Below, piece after piece: positions 49,265 to 63,043 of a stretch of 64,000 nt of DNA (position 1 is its first letter; the number at the start of each line of letters is the position of its first letter). Both the position numbers and the translations under genes were made by a program. Source of the stretch: Nemertoderma westbladi (lineage: Eukaryota > Animalia > Xenacoelomorpha); contig JAUCBJ010003058.1 in assembly GCA_032718475.1 (NCBI GenBank), positions 36,156-100,155 of the forward strand. The letters are read 5' to 3'. The notes beneath the pieces are model-generated. The model ran no database searches. It was not told where the DNA came from and worked only from the letters and a program-made list of their open reading frames with translations.

Positions 49265-52200
49265 TTCTCCCAAGTGTTGATCTATATATGTTATGGCCGG
49301 TCGTCCACAACTACGCTTTCCATGAGTTGGTTGCCAGAGAAGTAGATCTGGTATGACCTCTTCTTTACTTCGCCAGCAGTGCCCACTGAATCTTAATCTG
49401 TGTTCACGGAGGGTGGTTGATACAGGTGGTATTGTACCATAAAGCTTGGCGTTTGTCATGTGTTGTCTCCAGCTGATGTTTAGGGCTGCCCTTAGTAGTC
49501 ATGTGTAGCAACCATAAATTCGTTGTTCAAGTGCTTTTTAAGTCATTGACCAGGTCTCAACCCCGTATAAAAATACACTTTCCACTATGGCTCGAAAGAA
49601 CTTAGTCTTCAGGTGCCTGGAGAGATCTGATTTCCAGATGGTATCCATTTTTGATAGAGCTACCCAAGCCTTTGCTTTCCCAACTTCTATGTCCTTTTTG
49701 CTACTCTCTATCCATGATCCAAGGTACTGGAAGTCGTCGACCTTCCTTAGTTGATTATTATCAATAGTTGTCAAGTTTCCATCAACATTAAAGGTCATGA
49801 ATTCGGTCTTGGTAGCATTTATATGCAATCCAACCTCCTTTGCAGCCCTCTCCACTTTATTTAGTAGAAGCTGTGTATTTGCGAGCGTATTAGAGAGCAG
49901 GGCGATGTCATCCGCAAAGTCGGTTTCTGTGACTGTAGTTGCCGGATATCTACTACTTCTGCGTTCTTGAAGTGTGAATCCCAGATCTTCACCCTTTGTG
50001 GCCGTCCTCATTGCGTAATCCAGCACAATTACAAATAGTAATGGTGCTAATGTGTCACCTTGCAGTACTCCAGCCAGGATTGAGAAAAACTCAGTTTCAC
50101 CATCTGGTGAGAGTACCTGCGCTTCTGTATCACAATATAACAATCCAATGCCAGCAACAATTACTTCTGGTATTCCATAAGCTCTTAGGATTTCAAGCAT
50201 TTTACCTCTATGGATGGAGTCGATGCCTTCTTGAAGTCCACAAAAGTCATGACTGCGGGGAGATTCTTTGACTTAATTCCTTCAATTAGTCTCCGTAGTG
50301 CAAGTATCTGAGCTATTATTGATCTGCTTGGTCGAAATCTGTTTTGGCTCTTACGCAGTAGTTTCTCTATGTGAGGCCTAATCCTATATAGAATCATTTT
50401 ATTGTATATTTTCGCAGCTACCACAAGCAGACAGATCCCACGATAGTTTGTTGGTATACCGAGGTCTCCTTTCTTGGGGAGAGGCTTTAGTTGACCTTTA
50501 GTCCAAATTGGTGGTGGCTTTTCCCCTTTTAAGATCCGGTTGCAAACATTCCTAGTAGTAGTAGTAGTGCAAACATTCAATAATGGTCTGTTTAGCACTC
50601 CTGTTTTCCATACCTCTGCTGGGATTTCATCTAATCAACTCGCTTTATTATTGGACATGCTTTTAATGCTTCTTTGGAGTTCGCCAGGTGTGAAGTCCCC
50701 TGTTTCTATAGGTAGTGTCTTGTCATATATTTTCCTTGTTGGGCTGACATCGATGTTTGGTGGCTGCCCAAGCAAGTTGCTGAAGTGATTTTTCCACTTC
50801 CCAACATGTTCTTCAGGACTATCGGCTTTGAAGTGCCCCTTTGTACAACTTTTCTGTCCAGATACCTCATTTACAGTTTGCCAGGTAAGTTTTGATTGTT
50901 GCTGTATATGAGCAGTTGTAATTGCTTCAATTTTATCCTGTATATACTTTTCTTGGCTGATGTTGTAGGCCAATTTAAGATCGTCCTTAGCTTTCTCAAC
51001 CTTGTTAATGTTTTTGGTTGTTGGTTGTTCGGTTTTAACTTTGTAGGCTATCTTAAGATCTTCTCTTGTACAAGTAACCTCAGAGTTTTGCCATGGCACA
51101 TACTGTTTTCGTTTGGGCTTCTGGGGGATATGCCTCTTAGCTGATTCCTTGTGGGCTGTTATTATATTCTGGTATATTGAATCGGTGGACTGGTCTTCAT
51201 CCATTGGCTGAAGTGCTTCAAAGCGGTTTTGAACTTCTACTGTGTAAGCATCCTTTACTGCATTGTCAGTTCTGAGTTTCTCCCATTCATAGTTGATTTG
51301 CTTGCTTGTCCTGGGTTTGCTGGCTCTCAAACTGAGTCTGAAACAATTCTGTGGTCTGAACCAATTAGGTTGAACGAGATGTATGCCTCGCAGTTGATCA
51401 TGCTGTTTCTCCACTTTTTGTTTATAAGGATGTAATCCAGTTATGCTTTGGTTCCATTAGGGTATTGAAAGGTCCATAGCTTCCCCTTACTCTCTTCGAA
51501 TGTATTGTTTGTTGGTATCAATTCACATTCGTCCATTAGATCTAAAAGTAAGTATCCATTTCTGTTAGAACTGGTGTTATAAGTGTAACCCTTGATGTCT
51601 TCTGGGCCAATTTGCACATTCAGGTCATCAGCAATGACTTTAACATTGTGTTTTGGAATGTCTTTTATAAGTCCAGTCAGATCTTCATAAAACTTGATTG
51701 CTTGTTCTGGCTCTGAGGCATTGGTTGGACTGTTATCACATCATTGTATAACTGTTGTCTTGGGATTCCCATCAAATGTTGCGATCATAACTCTGGAATT
51801 TATAGATTCGATGTTGTTCAGGGTCTTAAGTGCAAATGGGCTTAGCAGAATTCCTACTCCACCAATTGATGCATTGGCGGAGTTTCTTACTTCTGAGCTT
51901 GTTACTAACGTCCATCCATTTCCAATGTCATTGTACTTCATGGCAGTGTCTTCATGACAAATCCGATGCTCTTGGATGCAGATGATGTCGATGTTATATT
52001 CCATTGCCAGAGCGACCATGTCACCCTGTGGATGGTTTTTGGATTTACTATTATTGACAGAAGTTGAGACAGTTTTGGCAAAAATATAATTCCTTGGGAC
52101 TTCATAATTACGTCTTAAGATTTGGCTAGAAATTGTACTCAAAGCCACCAAGGCCACCGAGGAGGCCACCGCCTCTGTCTGTCGCAGTGTCATTGGCGAC

Positions 52201-52640
52201 CTCGACTTTTGTTATCGCACTGCGTTAGTGCTACTGGGAAGTTGCACTAACTGAGGAATGTGGACTGGAGAATACTTATAACTTTTTGAGTAGTTTGACT
52301 GTGGACTTCTATGACATCGATGCCAAGCTGCCAATGCAAAAGTTGTTTTAAAGTAACTCACTCTGCCATCACCCGGTGTCCAGCGACATTGCTCTTGACA
52401 TGTGGCCCTTGATACTGCTCCGAGCTTCCAGCTGCTCGGGTGCAACATCTGCACTGCCACACGTTGACTTGTGCTCATGTTTATGTTCACCTCTAACTAA
52501 CTGCCTAATCTCTGCAGCGTTTTCTGTCGAATGGCGTCGAACCATACCCATAATGCTAGGTGTATGGATACCAGTACAGAATCTATTCGATGCGAGTGAA
52601 AGGCCTAAGTCAAGTGAGATCGGATGGATCATTCTATAGT
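49265..52640 (-). mobile_element. Near full-length, decayed RTE-group non-LTR retrotransposon (APE + RT)
   Basis: IICIQEHR, GGVGILLS, PKKGDL..NYRGI, FVDFKKA, GVLQGDTLAP, DFADDIALL, FQYLGS and LRFSGHCWR occur in order, with stops and frameshifts. Confidence 0.93.
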
Positions 52641-53189
52641 TAAGTTATAGTGTTAGTGTACTGCCAGTGGTGTCTGTCTGTCGCAGTGTTGCCCACGTGG
52701 TAATAAAGACTTTGTTACCCTATTGATTTAAATAATAGGGATAGGGACAGATGGGGAGGGCTTTCGTTGCAATAAAAATTCATCCCTCTCCAGGGGAAAA
52801 TCAAAGCCAAACAGATGATTACTAATTTGTTATATTCACGTTAGTGGTGGCCCAAACCCTAGTTAAGTTTAGATCAATGTAATGGCATTGTGTTTTTTTT
52901 TTTGTTATAGTATATTAGCTCGTTAATAAATTCAAATATTTATTTAAATATTCCATTGTTCCCACCTGTTTTTGCAACAATTAGTACTGGTACTGTCCTG
53001 GAATCTATCGAGTTTATTATTTCAGAAACGATGGTTTAGTTTTGATACGAACGGTATGCAGCAAACCCCCCTCACCACTACTCAAAGGCAGCAATGTAAT
53101 GAGCCAGACTAAGACAGCTTTGCTTATTGTTTATCAAAATAATTATTAGGTGGACTATTTAATCGTGATTCTTTATATAGAATGTATTG

Positions 53190-55858
53190 CAGAGAATGAC
53201 AACCCAATACTGGGGTGTTGCTCCAGTAGTGGAGGTGGAAAATTTCTGCCACAATCTACACGCATCTACTGATGGAGTGGATCAGCATGCATTCTGAACT
53301 TTCCTGGGTGACTTTAATGCAAGTCTGCATCACTCATCCACATCACCCTGGATCTATAGCAATAATGTTAACCGAAATTCCATCCATCTTCAGGATTTCA
53401 TCTCTGGAAATGGGACTGTTTTCGGCTGGAACTCAGTTCAAGAAGCATACTGGAAAGCTATGGACTCACACTAGACCCAATGGCCACAAGTCCCAGAAAG
53501 ACCACATTCTGTTTCGTAGGAAATACAGGAGCTCTGTACAAGACTGTATTGCATTTACAGTTCGACCCTTCTCCAGTGATTGTCTTATTGTAACCAAGGT
53601 AAGACTTTATATGCGCTAACAGAATTACGAAATCTTCCTTGCCACGGCATGTCTGGTCCTCTCTGTTGCATCAGCCAGTGTGAGATCCAGCTTCACATTA
53701 AAGCTGAGCAACAGGTACGCGGTTCTCGCCTCTGAGGCAACAGATCATTGCAAACGCTATACTGCCTTCACAGAAGCAGTTAAGTTGCAGTAAGTTGTAG
53801 TAGCTGCAGAAACAGTTCCTGAATAGGCCTATATCCTGGAAAAAGGAAAAAGGCCCCCTGCACTGACCACAGAATTCGGAAGTGCCAAAATGACCTATCT
53901 ATGGCACAGAATGAATTCCACCGACTCGGGCACACGAGGACAGTCAAGGATGCAAGACACTTTAGACATTAGTGCTTATACCAACACAGTGGTATAGTGG
54001 GAACCTCTTTGCTGGGGGGAAAAATAATGTGTGCGCCCTAATAGGGCTGTAATAGCCCCTAAGGGCGCCTGCAATAACAAATATAAATGTATATTTTATT
54101 TATTAGTTTATTTTATAGTTATCTATAAAGAAAGACAAACAACTGGCTGTTATCTTTGTTGACTTCTTTAAAGCCTTCGATTCAGTCTCCCGACCACGTA
54201 TGTTCAGCATACTGGCAGCATATGGGATTCCTTAGGATATTATTGCAGCTATCAGATCATTGAACGATTGAACGACATTTGTGTCTACTGCTGATGGTGA
54301 CACATCCATTTGAAGTCTTTTATCGCGCAACGCGTGCAGCACCAGACGAGCTGACATTTATTTCATCAACAATAAATTCATAATAAAATTCGTAAACCGC
54401 ATTACAGGGAATTAAAATGTTTAAACATTAAATATTTATAAACACAACCCGGTCACGAAATTTCAGTTATAGAATATAGAACAATTACCAAGTGGTAGGG
54501 GCGATAAGTCAATTGCTAAAACTAACACAATCACACATAGTTCTAGATTATGAATTAAAATATATTTCTTACATTAATTATTTAATTAGAATAAAAGATA
54601 CATAGATCCATAATAGTGAAGTAAAAGGTATGCTGCCGACACATTTCGCGCATTAACAAAATTAAGTTAGATTAAAATGGCCACGATTGCATCGAATATA
54701 GCCTATATAACCCGCTACGTGAAATAAGATGTGGATTCAAAAATTCCAAATAAAAATATTTACGGTAGTCAGTTATGACTTATCAGCAAGCTGCTCATCA
54801 GTCTCTGAAATCGACAAGGAAGACCAGACCAGACTACAAAGTATTCCCGTGGATTGATGCAACATGTAATGCGTTGAAGAACTCTTTCAGTTTTAGGATA
54901 CAGCGTTTTCGGGACAAAGTCATTTGTGAGAGTGTTTTCTTAATAAACGTGGGTGACACACGTGCACCATTCTTGTTCGTAATTGTGGTTGATTATGTTC
55001 TATGCATGTCCTTAGACCATCTTAATTAAGATGGGGTGATGATAACACCCACTACTGACACAAAAAGTAGAGGAAATCCAGCAAAGTACCTTACTGATCT
55101 AGACTTTGCTGATCAGTAATAGATCATAAACTGTACTGTCAGAATCCTTAAAGGGAGCCCAAATGCTCCTATGCTCATTGGAGCAGGTTGCTTCTAGGGT
55201 TGGTCTGTTTCTAAACTACGAGAAGACCACAATCATGACAATGAACCTAGACAGCCCTCAAGAAATGTCTGATCGTAAGGGCATAAAGGGACGGCTTGCT
55301 TGAGCACTTGGAGGACTTCTAATACTTGGGATCATGAATCCGAAAGTCAGGTGAAGTCCTGCCGATACGTAAGGGGAAGGCATGGGCAGCGTTAAATATT
55401 GTGTCCAGGATTTGAAAATCCCATAGAAAAAATCGGAACCGTAAGGTATTTATGGCTGTAGTAGTACCAGTACTCTTATACGGGAATCCATGCTGGGAGT
55501 GCAGAAATCTCTGGATGGAACTTTCACAAGAATGCTGCGCCGGGTTCATTGTGTCAAGTACAATGAACATAATTCCAATCAGACTCTATACAACATTAGA
55601 GGTGTTCCATTAGTCTCACCTAGCTTGACACTTGAACGAAACTGTCTCTGCTTTGCAGGACATTGCTTTCGCCGTGAGGACCAGCCAGTGCATAATATTA
55701 TGCTTGCCTCATGGAGTGAATGAGCATGGTGTACATCCCATGGCTTTCTTGAGACCCATCTTAAAGGACACTGGCCTTGAAGATGCGGATGATCTAGCAA
55801 ATGTCATGGGTGATAGGGAGTTTTGGCGGCGCAATTTTGTCGACAAGCCGGCACGGGT
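53190..55858 (+). mobile_element. Decayed RTE-group element interrupted by an unrelated ~630-bp insertion (~54320-54950)
   Basis: KLWTHTRPNGHKSQKDHILF (APE), FVDFFKAFDS and GDTRAPFLF on either side of the insert, and FAGHCFRR at the 3' end. Confidence 0.85.
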
Positions 55859-56398
55859 TTCACAATATATATTTAATATATATATAAGGCAGTTGCAGCA
55901 TGCCGATCGTAATAGTAGTAGGCCTAGTATATTATATTAATTAAAGATACAGTAGTAAACGTTTTCGACCTATTGGTCTGCATCATACTATGTACTAGCA
56001 ACTAACAGGACGAGTAGAGGGTCTATATATATATAAGATTTAATGGGGAATACCTCATAGGTAAATCCCATAAAAGGTAATGTGTTTATATAATGTATGG
56101 CATAATTAATTGTGATAGGTGAATTTCACAGGGTAATAAGATGGCTACCTGAAAGTAAAAGGATAGGTAGGATACGCATAAAGATAGCTTGTCTACATAT
56201 TGTATAAGGAGATGTGAGGCTGGGAAATTTTTAAAAAATAAAAAAAATCCGGAAATTCGCGCAAAATCAAGATAGTTGGTTACAAACGCTTGTTGTGTAC
56301 CGAGGTATCATTGCACCAAATTGAACCATAACCAATGGCTATTTATGTATAATGTATATACTAATAATATACAGGTATTAAAGTATATACGTATCAAA

Positions 56399-56600
56399 GG
56401 CGTGGTAGCGCAGTTGGTTGAGCGCCGGGCCTGCAATCTATTGGTTGTAGGTTCAGCCCGGCTGGGTCCATCCACTCAGCCTTTCATCCACTGGGGTCGA
56501 TAAAATGAGTACCAGTTAAATAACTGGGAGCAAATCTTGGTATAGGAGTAGCGCCCACCCCTACCCCCGGGAAGCAGCTATCGAAAGAGGAGCCCTCGCT
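56399..56600 (+). mobile_element. tRNA-derived SINE with a Nin/Deu-type conserved core
   Basis: Head ggcgtggTAGCGCAGTTGG...ggttca, core ctcagcctttcatcc...ggtcgataaaatgagtaccag, and a 3' tail shared with 41736-41825. The core assignment is from memory of the consensus. Confidence 0.75.
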
Positions 56601-56699
56601 TGAAAGTATATTCAGTGATTGTCTATATAAATAACTTTATTAGGTTTAATATGAAATAAATAATATAAACTTGGGGAAATATGTAAGATACTGCCTTAA

Positions 56700-57170
56700 T
56701 TAAAACTTCCTTAAAAATCAGTTAGAACCTTTGTTTTAAAAATATCGGGAAGTTTTAGATTTAGAGCATCATTTTTTATTTAGCCTTACTTTTGCACTTT
56801 TTTTGAGGCGTTTTTTGAAAATTAAATTACATGAAATATGATTTCGTAACATCTCTAATTTTGATATACACCGTTTTTATGGTGTTTGCATTAGATGGAA
56901 ACTTGTTATTTTCGGTGGGTGCCAAATTTCGGTGCCAGCACCAAATTTTGAAATATGTCAATTTTGTAAATTGATTGTTTGAACCTGCTTTTGCGCAACT
57001 GGGTTTTTTGGGTTCTGGTTCAATAGAATATATACGAGTTGCACCAAGCGTTTCAAACCTGTATTATATTTTTTCGGTGTGCCAAATTTTGTGCTAGCAC
57101 GAAACTTTGAAAATCCATTCAATAGTTCAATGGATTATTACAACTTATTTCTCGAAATTTAGAGGTTTAT
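56700..57170. mobile_element. Fragment of the DNA-element family also present at 63041-64000
   Basis: Extensive shared sequence (gcaccaaattttgaaatatgtcaattttgtaaattgattg; tatacgagttgcaccaagcgt). Confidence 0.75.
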
Positions 57171-57171
57171 G

Positions 57172-57750
57172 GTAGCTGCATAGACCCTCTTACTAGGGCA
57201 AATCTGGTCCTGTAACTAGGACCCCCTTCGTTCTGGGATAAGGACGCCCTTGGTCCTGGATTAAGGACCCATATACTTGGCTGCAGGAGTATATGGCCTG
57301 GCCAGGCAGATGGTGATTTACCAATGGCTGGTCAGGAGTAGAGTGTTCTCCTGTCCACTCTGAGTGCACTTCACTGCGACCTGCACCTGGCAGCAGGGGT
57401 ACAGGGCATGACCCAGCAGATGAGCTGCAACAGCCAATGGTGGGTCATGTGCGCCAGAGTAGATATGGGTGATGGGCCTCATATCTGACTCCACTGCGAC
57501 ACCCACCCTGTGGAATGGCAAACCAGGGTGTGGTATTTGCCCCGAGAGCTGACTCGGCAAAAAAGCACCCCCCAACCCCCACTATGGATTACATTAGTAA
57601 TGCGGAGGTCCGGCCACTACAGGCCAGTGGAATTACCGGACACAATCGGCCTAACATCAGTTATCTCCTGACCGGCTGCCTGTCTCACCCCCTACTGGAG
57701 AGAGAGCGGCCAACAATTCTTTGAGTCCCTTTCCTGATGACCATTTCTGG
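57172..57750 (+). mobile_element. Isolated 5' UTR copy of the RTE-group element at 47404-48665
   Basis: Nearly identical to 47481-48060. Confidence 0.85.
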
Positions 57751-58134
57751 TTTTTTGTCTCATTCATGTTGAATGTGGTCTGCAATAAGATATCTATTGG
57801 TGTTATTAATAGCATCGTCACGTCATTATTAATAACACCATAACGTTATAAATAAATATAATATTATATAAGTTACAAAGTGTAAATACGTAAATACCGT
57901 ATATTATATAAATTTATTAGCTTTATTTATAAAATCATACAATAACGACAATCCACATACACTATTCATTTTATTAATTGACAAATATACAATAATTGGA
58001 CTTTGCTACTGCATGGTCGGCCATATTATGACAATAACCTATCTAATATTTAAGATTAACGTTTAAATGGTATTATGTCGATTCATTATCGGGCCGCTAG
58101 GCCCATCAAGTTTTAATAAGAGGAAATATTTTAT

Positions 58135-58900
58135 CCTTGTTGTTTAACCCACCCCGACCCCCCTTGTCGTTGAAACCCTCACCCCGACCCCCCTTGTTGT
58201 TTAACCCACCTACCCGACCCCCTGGTCGTTTAACCCACCATCCCAACCCCCTTGTTGTTTAACCAACCCACCCCACCCCCATTGTCGTTTAACCCACCCC
58301 GACCCCCCCCTTGTTGTTTAACCCACCCACCCGACTCCCTTGTCGTTTAACCCACCGCGACACCACTTGTCGTTTAACCCACCACCCCGACCCGCCCTTG
58401 TCGTTTAACCCACCACCCCGACACCCCTTGTTGTTTAACCCACCCACCCGACCCCCGTGTTGTTTAACCCACCCCGACCCCCCTTGTCGTTTAACCCACC
58501 ACCCCGACACCCCTTGTTGTTTAACCCACCACCCCGACCGCCCCTTGTCGTTTAACCCACCACCCCGACAACCTTTGTTGTTTAACCCACCCACCCGACC
58601 CCCTTGTCGTTTAACCATCCCCGACTCCCCCTTGTTGTTTAACCCATCCCTACCCCCCCCCCTTGTCGTTTAACCCACCACCCCTACACCCCTTGTTGTT
58701 TAACCCACCCACCCGACCCCCTTGTCGTTTAACCCGCCCCGACCCCCCCCCCCCCTTGTAATTTAACCCACCCCGACCCCCTTGTCGTTTAACCCACCAC
58801 CCTGACACCCCTTGTTGTTTAACCCACCCACCCGACTCCCTTATCGTTTAACCCACCACGAACCCCCTTGTCGTTTAACCCACCACCCCGACCCCCTTTT
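58135..58900. repeat. C-rich minisatellite, ~28-31-bp unit (ccccttgtYgtttaacccaccaccccgac)
   Basis: About 25 tandem copies with strong C/G strand asymmetry. Confidence 0.95.
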
Positions 58901-60512
58901 GTTTTATGCATTATTTTCGATATTACTTATTTCTCATTTAAACTTATACATTGCATAATCTACAGTTAGAATTGTCCATTTAACTTAATTCCTAATCGAG
59001 GGGTGCTAATCGAGCACCACCTATTTAGTGTTTTGGGTTTGTTTCAATCTGTTGTTTTTGTAGTAGTAGTACATAATGCAATATAACATTATTAGTTAGT
59101 GTCAATGTGCCAAGAACAATGTTTGCTTACTATGTACAAACCCTTTAGATACTGTTTGCATAATAAGGTAATTCATATGATACACATTTGGTGGTGGGGC
59201 CACAACTTATATAGTAAAGGATATTATTGTGAAATATGTCTTTTGATAGATAATAAATAGTTACCAAACAATTTATTACGTTTTTTTGTGACTACAACAT
59301 GGCGCAGTTGTGTTATAAACACATTCAAACAAATTAATTAATAATTTAAACAACATAGTTTAATAAATGTTGTTAAGCGGCTCTAAAGTTACGTAATAAA
59401 TATTCGAGAACACTAAATTATTTAACATTGAGTGAGACAGCATCAGGAGTTGAAGAGTACAGTAATTTTAATTTCAGTAACTATGGAAGCAATATAGTAA
59501 AATACTGCAGTTTAATTTACTGTATTTTGTAACATCATTTCGCTCTATCTTTTATTAAAGAATTGAGTAAAATTGAGTATTCATGGGAATAAAGAAGAAC
59601 TTATTTTTCTCTATTCTCGAGGGATTTGCCAATATGCCAATTCAATAATTATTTTTTATTAATTTATATAAATTATTACTAATCCATCGTTTCAATCTAA
59701 GTCGGTGCAAATTCAATTTACAGTCGGTGCAAATCCCCCCCCCCCCCCCCCCCCCACTTGTTTTGGTTCAGCGCTGCCCCTGATAATACTGTAGGCCTAT
59801 GTTGTACTTTTTACAAAAAAAAATCACAGAGCTTCATGCAATGTTAGAACAGGGCTGCAGGCCAAAATTCTACAATTCTCGGATATGTTCAGAATTATAG
59901 CCATACGCAGGAGCCAGGAGTTGGCACAGTTGCTGGAAAATAACTCCAAACTGTTAAAGAGTTCCATATTCCAATCTTATTGCTGATAACAAGCCATTAC
60001 CAGCATTGTCAAGGATATATTCGTTTACAAGAACTACGTTCAGAAAATGAATTTGAGCGCATTTATAACAAAGTAGACCTACTATTGAGAAGATGTTAGG
60101 AATAAAACACAATGATCTAATTACAAAATGAAAAAGATTTTGTTTGTCTTATTTTGTTTTTCATTCTAAAACTCCCATAGAGGATACAAATGCAGTATGT
60201 ATGACAAGAAGAGGCTCCTTGTGAATTTTATGAAGTGATTGACTCCCCAAGTCAATCACTCAAGCCAACAGCAATATAAAGTTTGCCGCACTTCACAAGG
60301 AACGCATTGATAACATCGTTTCCGAGTTTTTTTTTGTAAAAACTGATTTTACTGTTTTAACTAAATTATCTTAATTCACCGATTTTAAAATTCAAAATTT
60401 CAATTATATAACTGGCAAACATTCTGCTGCTTAATCTGTAATTATTTTTTTAATAAGTGCAATGTTTAAATGTTTCATACAAAACTTTTTATTTTACATA
60501 TGTACTGTATAT

Positions 60513-61539
60513 TAGGGCGGTCCCTTTTTATACTTTTTTTCGATTTCATTGTTCTACCGGTGCACAAAAGTTGCCAAATGGTAAAACAATAAGGCAAAAA
60601 AACTTTCTATAAATTTCATATATATCTTCATGGATCCCAAGAGGGATGATATTTTGAGCCATCGCGATGCACCATAATGAAATTTATTACAATTTAACAC
60701 ATTGATGAAAGATCAATAACTCAATAAATAACTTCCTGCATGCATCAAATGTCACCAAATGGGTCCAAACTTAGTTAGATACCAAAATACAGACACCTTC
60801 AAAATGAAAGAGTATTGATTAGTTGACTATAGTTTTGGTACAAAATGTGTGGAATGGGGTCAACTCAATATCAAGTATCAATTTGTGGACATAGTCTTGA
60901 CATTTTGTAAAATAACTCAAGAACTAATGACTCTACTCTTATTTTGAAGGTGTCTTCACCCATTATATCGATCATTTCTGTGATGTGTCTATTCTTGATT
61001 CCTTGAGATTATTTAGAGTATCATTTTTAGTGTATTTGTCCATATCACATCAAGGCGGTAATGTACACTTTTGCCAGACTTCACATTTTCTGCAATATCT
61101 CAAGAACTATTCGCTCTTTGTTTTGAAGTTGTTTACCCCCCACTAAATCGAACATTGCGGTTCTAATGAGCATAATATTAATGCAGTAGAACTAAAAGTT
61201 CGCTATCGCGAATATTGAGAATAATCATCACTTGCGCCAAATGGTAGTTCTGGCCATGTGCCTGTGGCACTACTTCCCTTGGTCCAAAAATTAAAATGTT
61301 GGTATCTAACTAAGTTTGGACCCATTTGATGCATGCAGGAAGTTCTTTCTTGAGCCATTGATCTTTCATTAATGTGTGATATAGTTATAAATTTCATTGT
61401 GGTGTTAACCCCCTTGGGATCCGTCAAGATATCGATGAAATTTAGATAATTTTTTTTGCCTTAATTTTTTACCATTTGATAACTTTTGTGCAATGGTAGA
61501 ACAATGAAATCGAAAAAAAGTAAAAAACGTACCACCCTA
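60513..61539. mobile_element. hAT-type MITE with ~270-bp TIRs and an 8-bp TSD
   Basis: Termini TAGGG...CCCTA with long inverted arms. ctgtatat is duplicated at 60505-60512 and 61540-61547. Confidence 0.9.
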
Positions 61540-61817
61540 CTGTATATAGGGCCTACGTAATGAAGAGGTGAAGTGGTATGCCCAGGCCCACCCCGCGCAG
61601 TAGTGGTCTAATATGAAACAGCGAATGGGTATTGAATAACAACGAAGTACGGTTTAACAATATATTATTGATAATTTATGGTTTATAATTTTTAGTATTG
61701 GTTTTTTGGTATTGGTATTGGATATTGGTATTTAGCTTTAGTGTTTATAGTATTTAGTTTTTGCAAGTAGCGGGATGCTATATATTTATGGACTATATTA
61801 TGAATGGAGAATCTTTT

Positions 61818-62056
61818 TGGCCCGTTAAGCCCAGGAATGCCTGTTCACCACCATGATTGATCTTCCACAGCAAACCCTCCTACTCTGTTTACCAAGTTGC
61901 CTTGGTTCCCATATATCGACCAGTTAAGGATGAAAGCCGGGGTTGGGCTAGGCTGCAGCATTTGAAGCACTGTGCCCAAACGGTGCTGCCCCATCTAGGG
62001 ATCAAACCAGGGCTTCCTCATTGAAAGCCCAGGAATGTCACCACTAGACCAAGCTG
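61818..62056 (-). mobile_element. tRNA-derived SINE with a Nin/Deu-like core
   Basis: The minus strand has tggtctagtgg (A box), ggtttgatccc (B box) and core ggctttcatccttaactggtcgatatatgggaacc. Confidence 0.7.
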
Positions 62057-62424
62057 TATTTATAAGAAGTATATTATAAGAATATAAATAACTTATTACT
62101 GGATACTACTGTTTAAATTACATTACATAACGTTTTTAATTAAACCTGAATCCTTCCAGTAGGGCGATAACGTTTGTTTGAAAATCAATATAATTTACCT
62201 TGCTGGTGTTTAAACCCTATATTTCGTTGTTATTCAACACCCCATCCGTTATGTTATGTGCAGTATGTAGGAGATACAGTATATATATATATATGTATTT
62301 TGTATGTTGTAATAATATTATATATGTTTTGTATTGTTGTTGCATGTATTTATTTTTTTATGTATAAATATACAATACCATGCAAACTTGTTAATTAATA
62401 CGTAAGCCTGTCCGTAAACGGATA

Positions 62425-63043
62425 TTCCGAAACACAATGTTAAAGTCATTGCTGGTGACCTGAATGCTGAAATTGGCCCAAAAGACATCAAGGGTTACAC
62501 CTATAACACCAGTTCGAACAGAAATGGGTGCTTACTCTTAGACCTAATGGAAAATTCGAAAAGAGTAAGGTGAAGCTATGGACCTTTCAATACCCTAATG
62601 GAACCAAAGCACAGCTGGATTACATCCTTAATAAACAAAAAGGAAAAACAGCATGGAGAAACAGCATGATCAACTGCGAGGCATACAGCTCGTTCAACCT
62701 AATTGGTTCGCAACCACAGAATTGTGACTGCAGAGATCAGACTCAGTTTGAGAGCCAGCAAACCGAGCACAAGCAAGCAAATCAACTATGACTGGGAGAA
62801 ACTCAGAACACGCAATGCTGTAAAGGATGCTTACACAGTAGAAGTTCAAAACCGATTTGAAGCACTTCAGTCAATGGATGAAGACCAATCCACCGATTCA
62901 ATATACCAGAATATAATAACAGCCCACAAGGAATCAACTAAGAGGCATATCCCCCAGAAACCCAAACGAAAACAGTATGTGCCATGGCAAAACTCTGAGG
63001 TTACTTGTAAGAGAGAAGATCTTAAGATAGCCTACAAAGTTAA
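62425..63043 (+). mobile_element. RTE-group fragment (APE end), inverted close copy of 51040-51660
   Basis: The translation is nearly identical (QINYDWEKLRT...YTVEVQNRFEAL...YVPWQNSEV). Confidence 0.9.

Noticed and set aside
58289-58673. Gly-rich / Pro-rich ORFs
   Set aside because: Translations of the C-rich minisatellite.
59820-60300. Possible DNA-transposase remnant
   Set aside because: The composition looks coding-like, but I could not identify an open frame or diagnostic motif.
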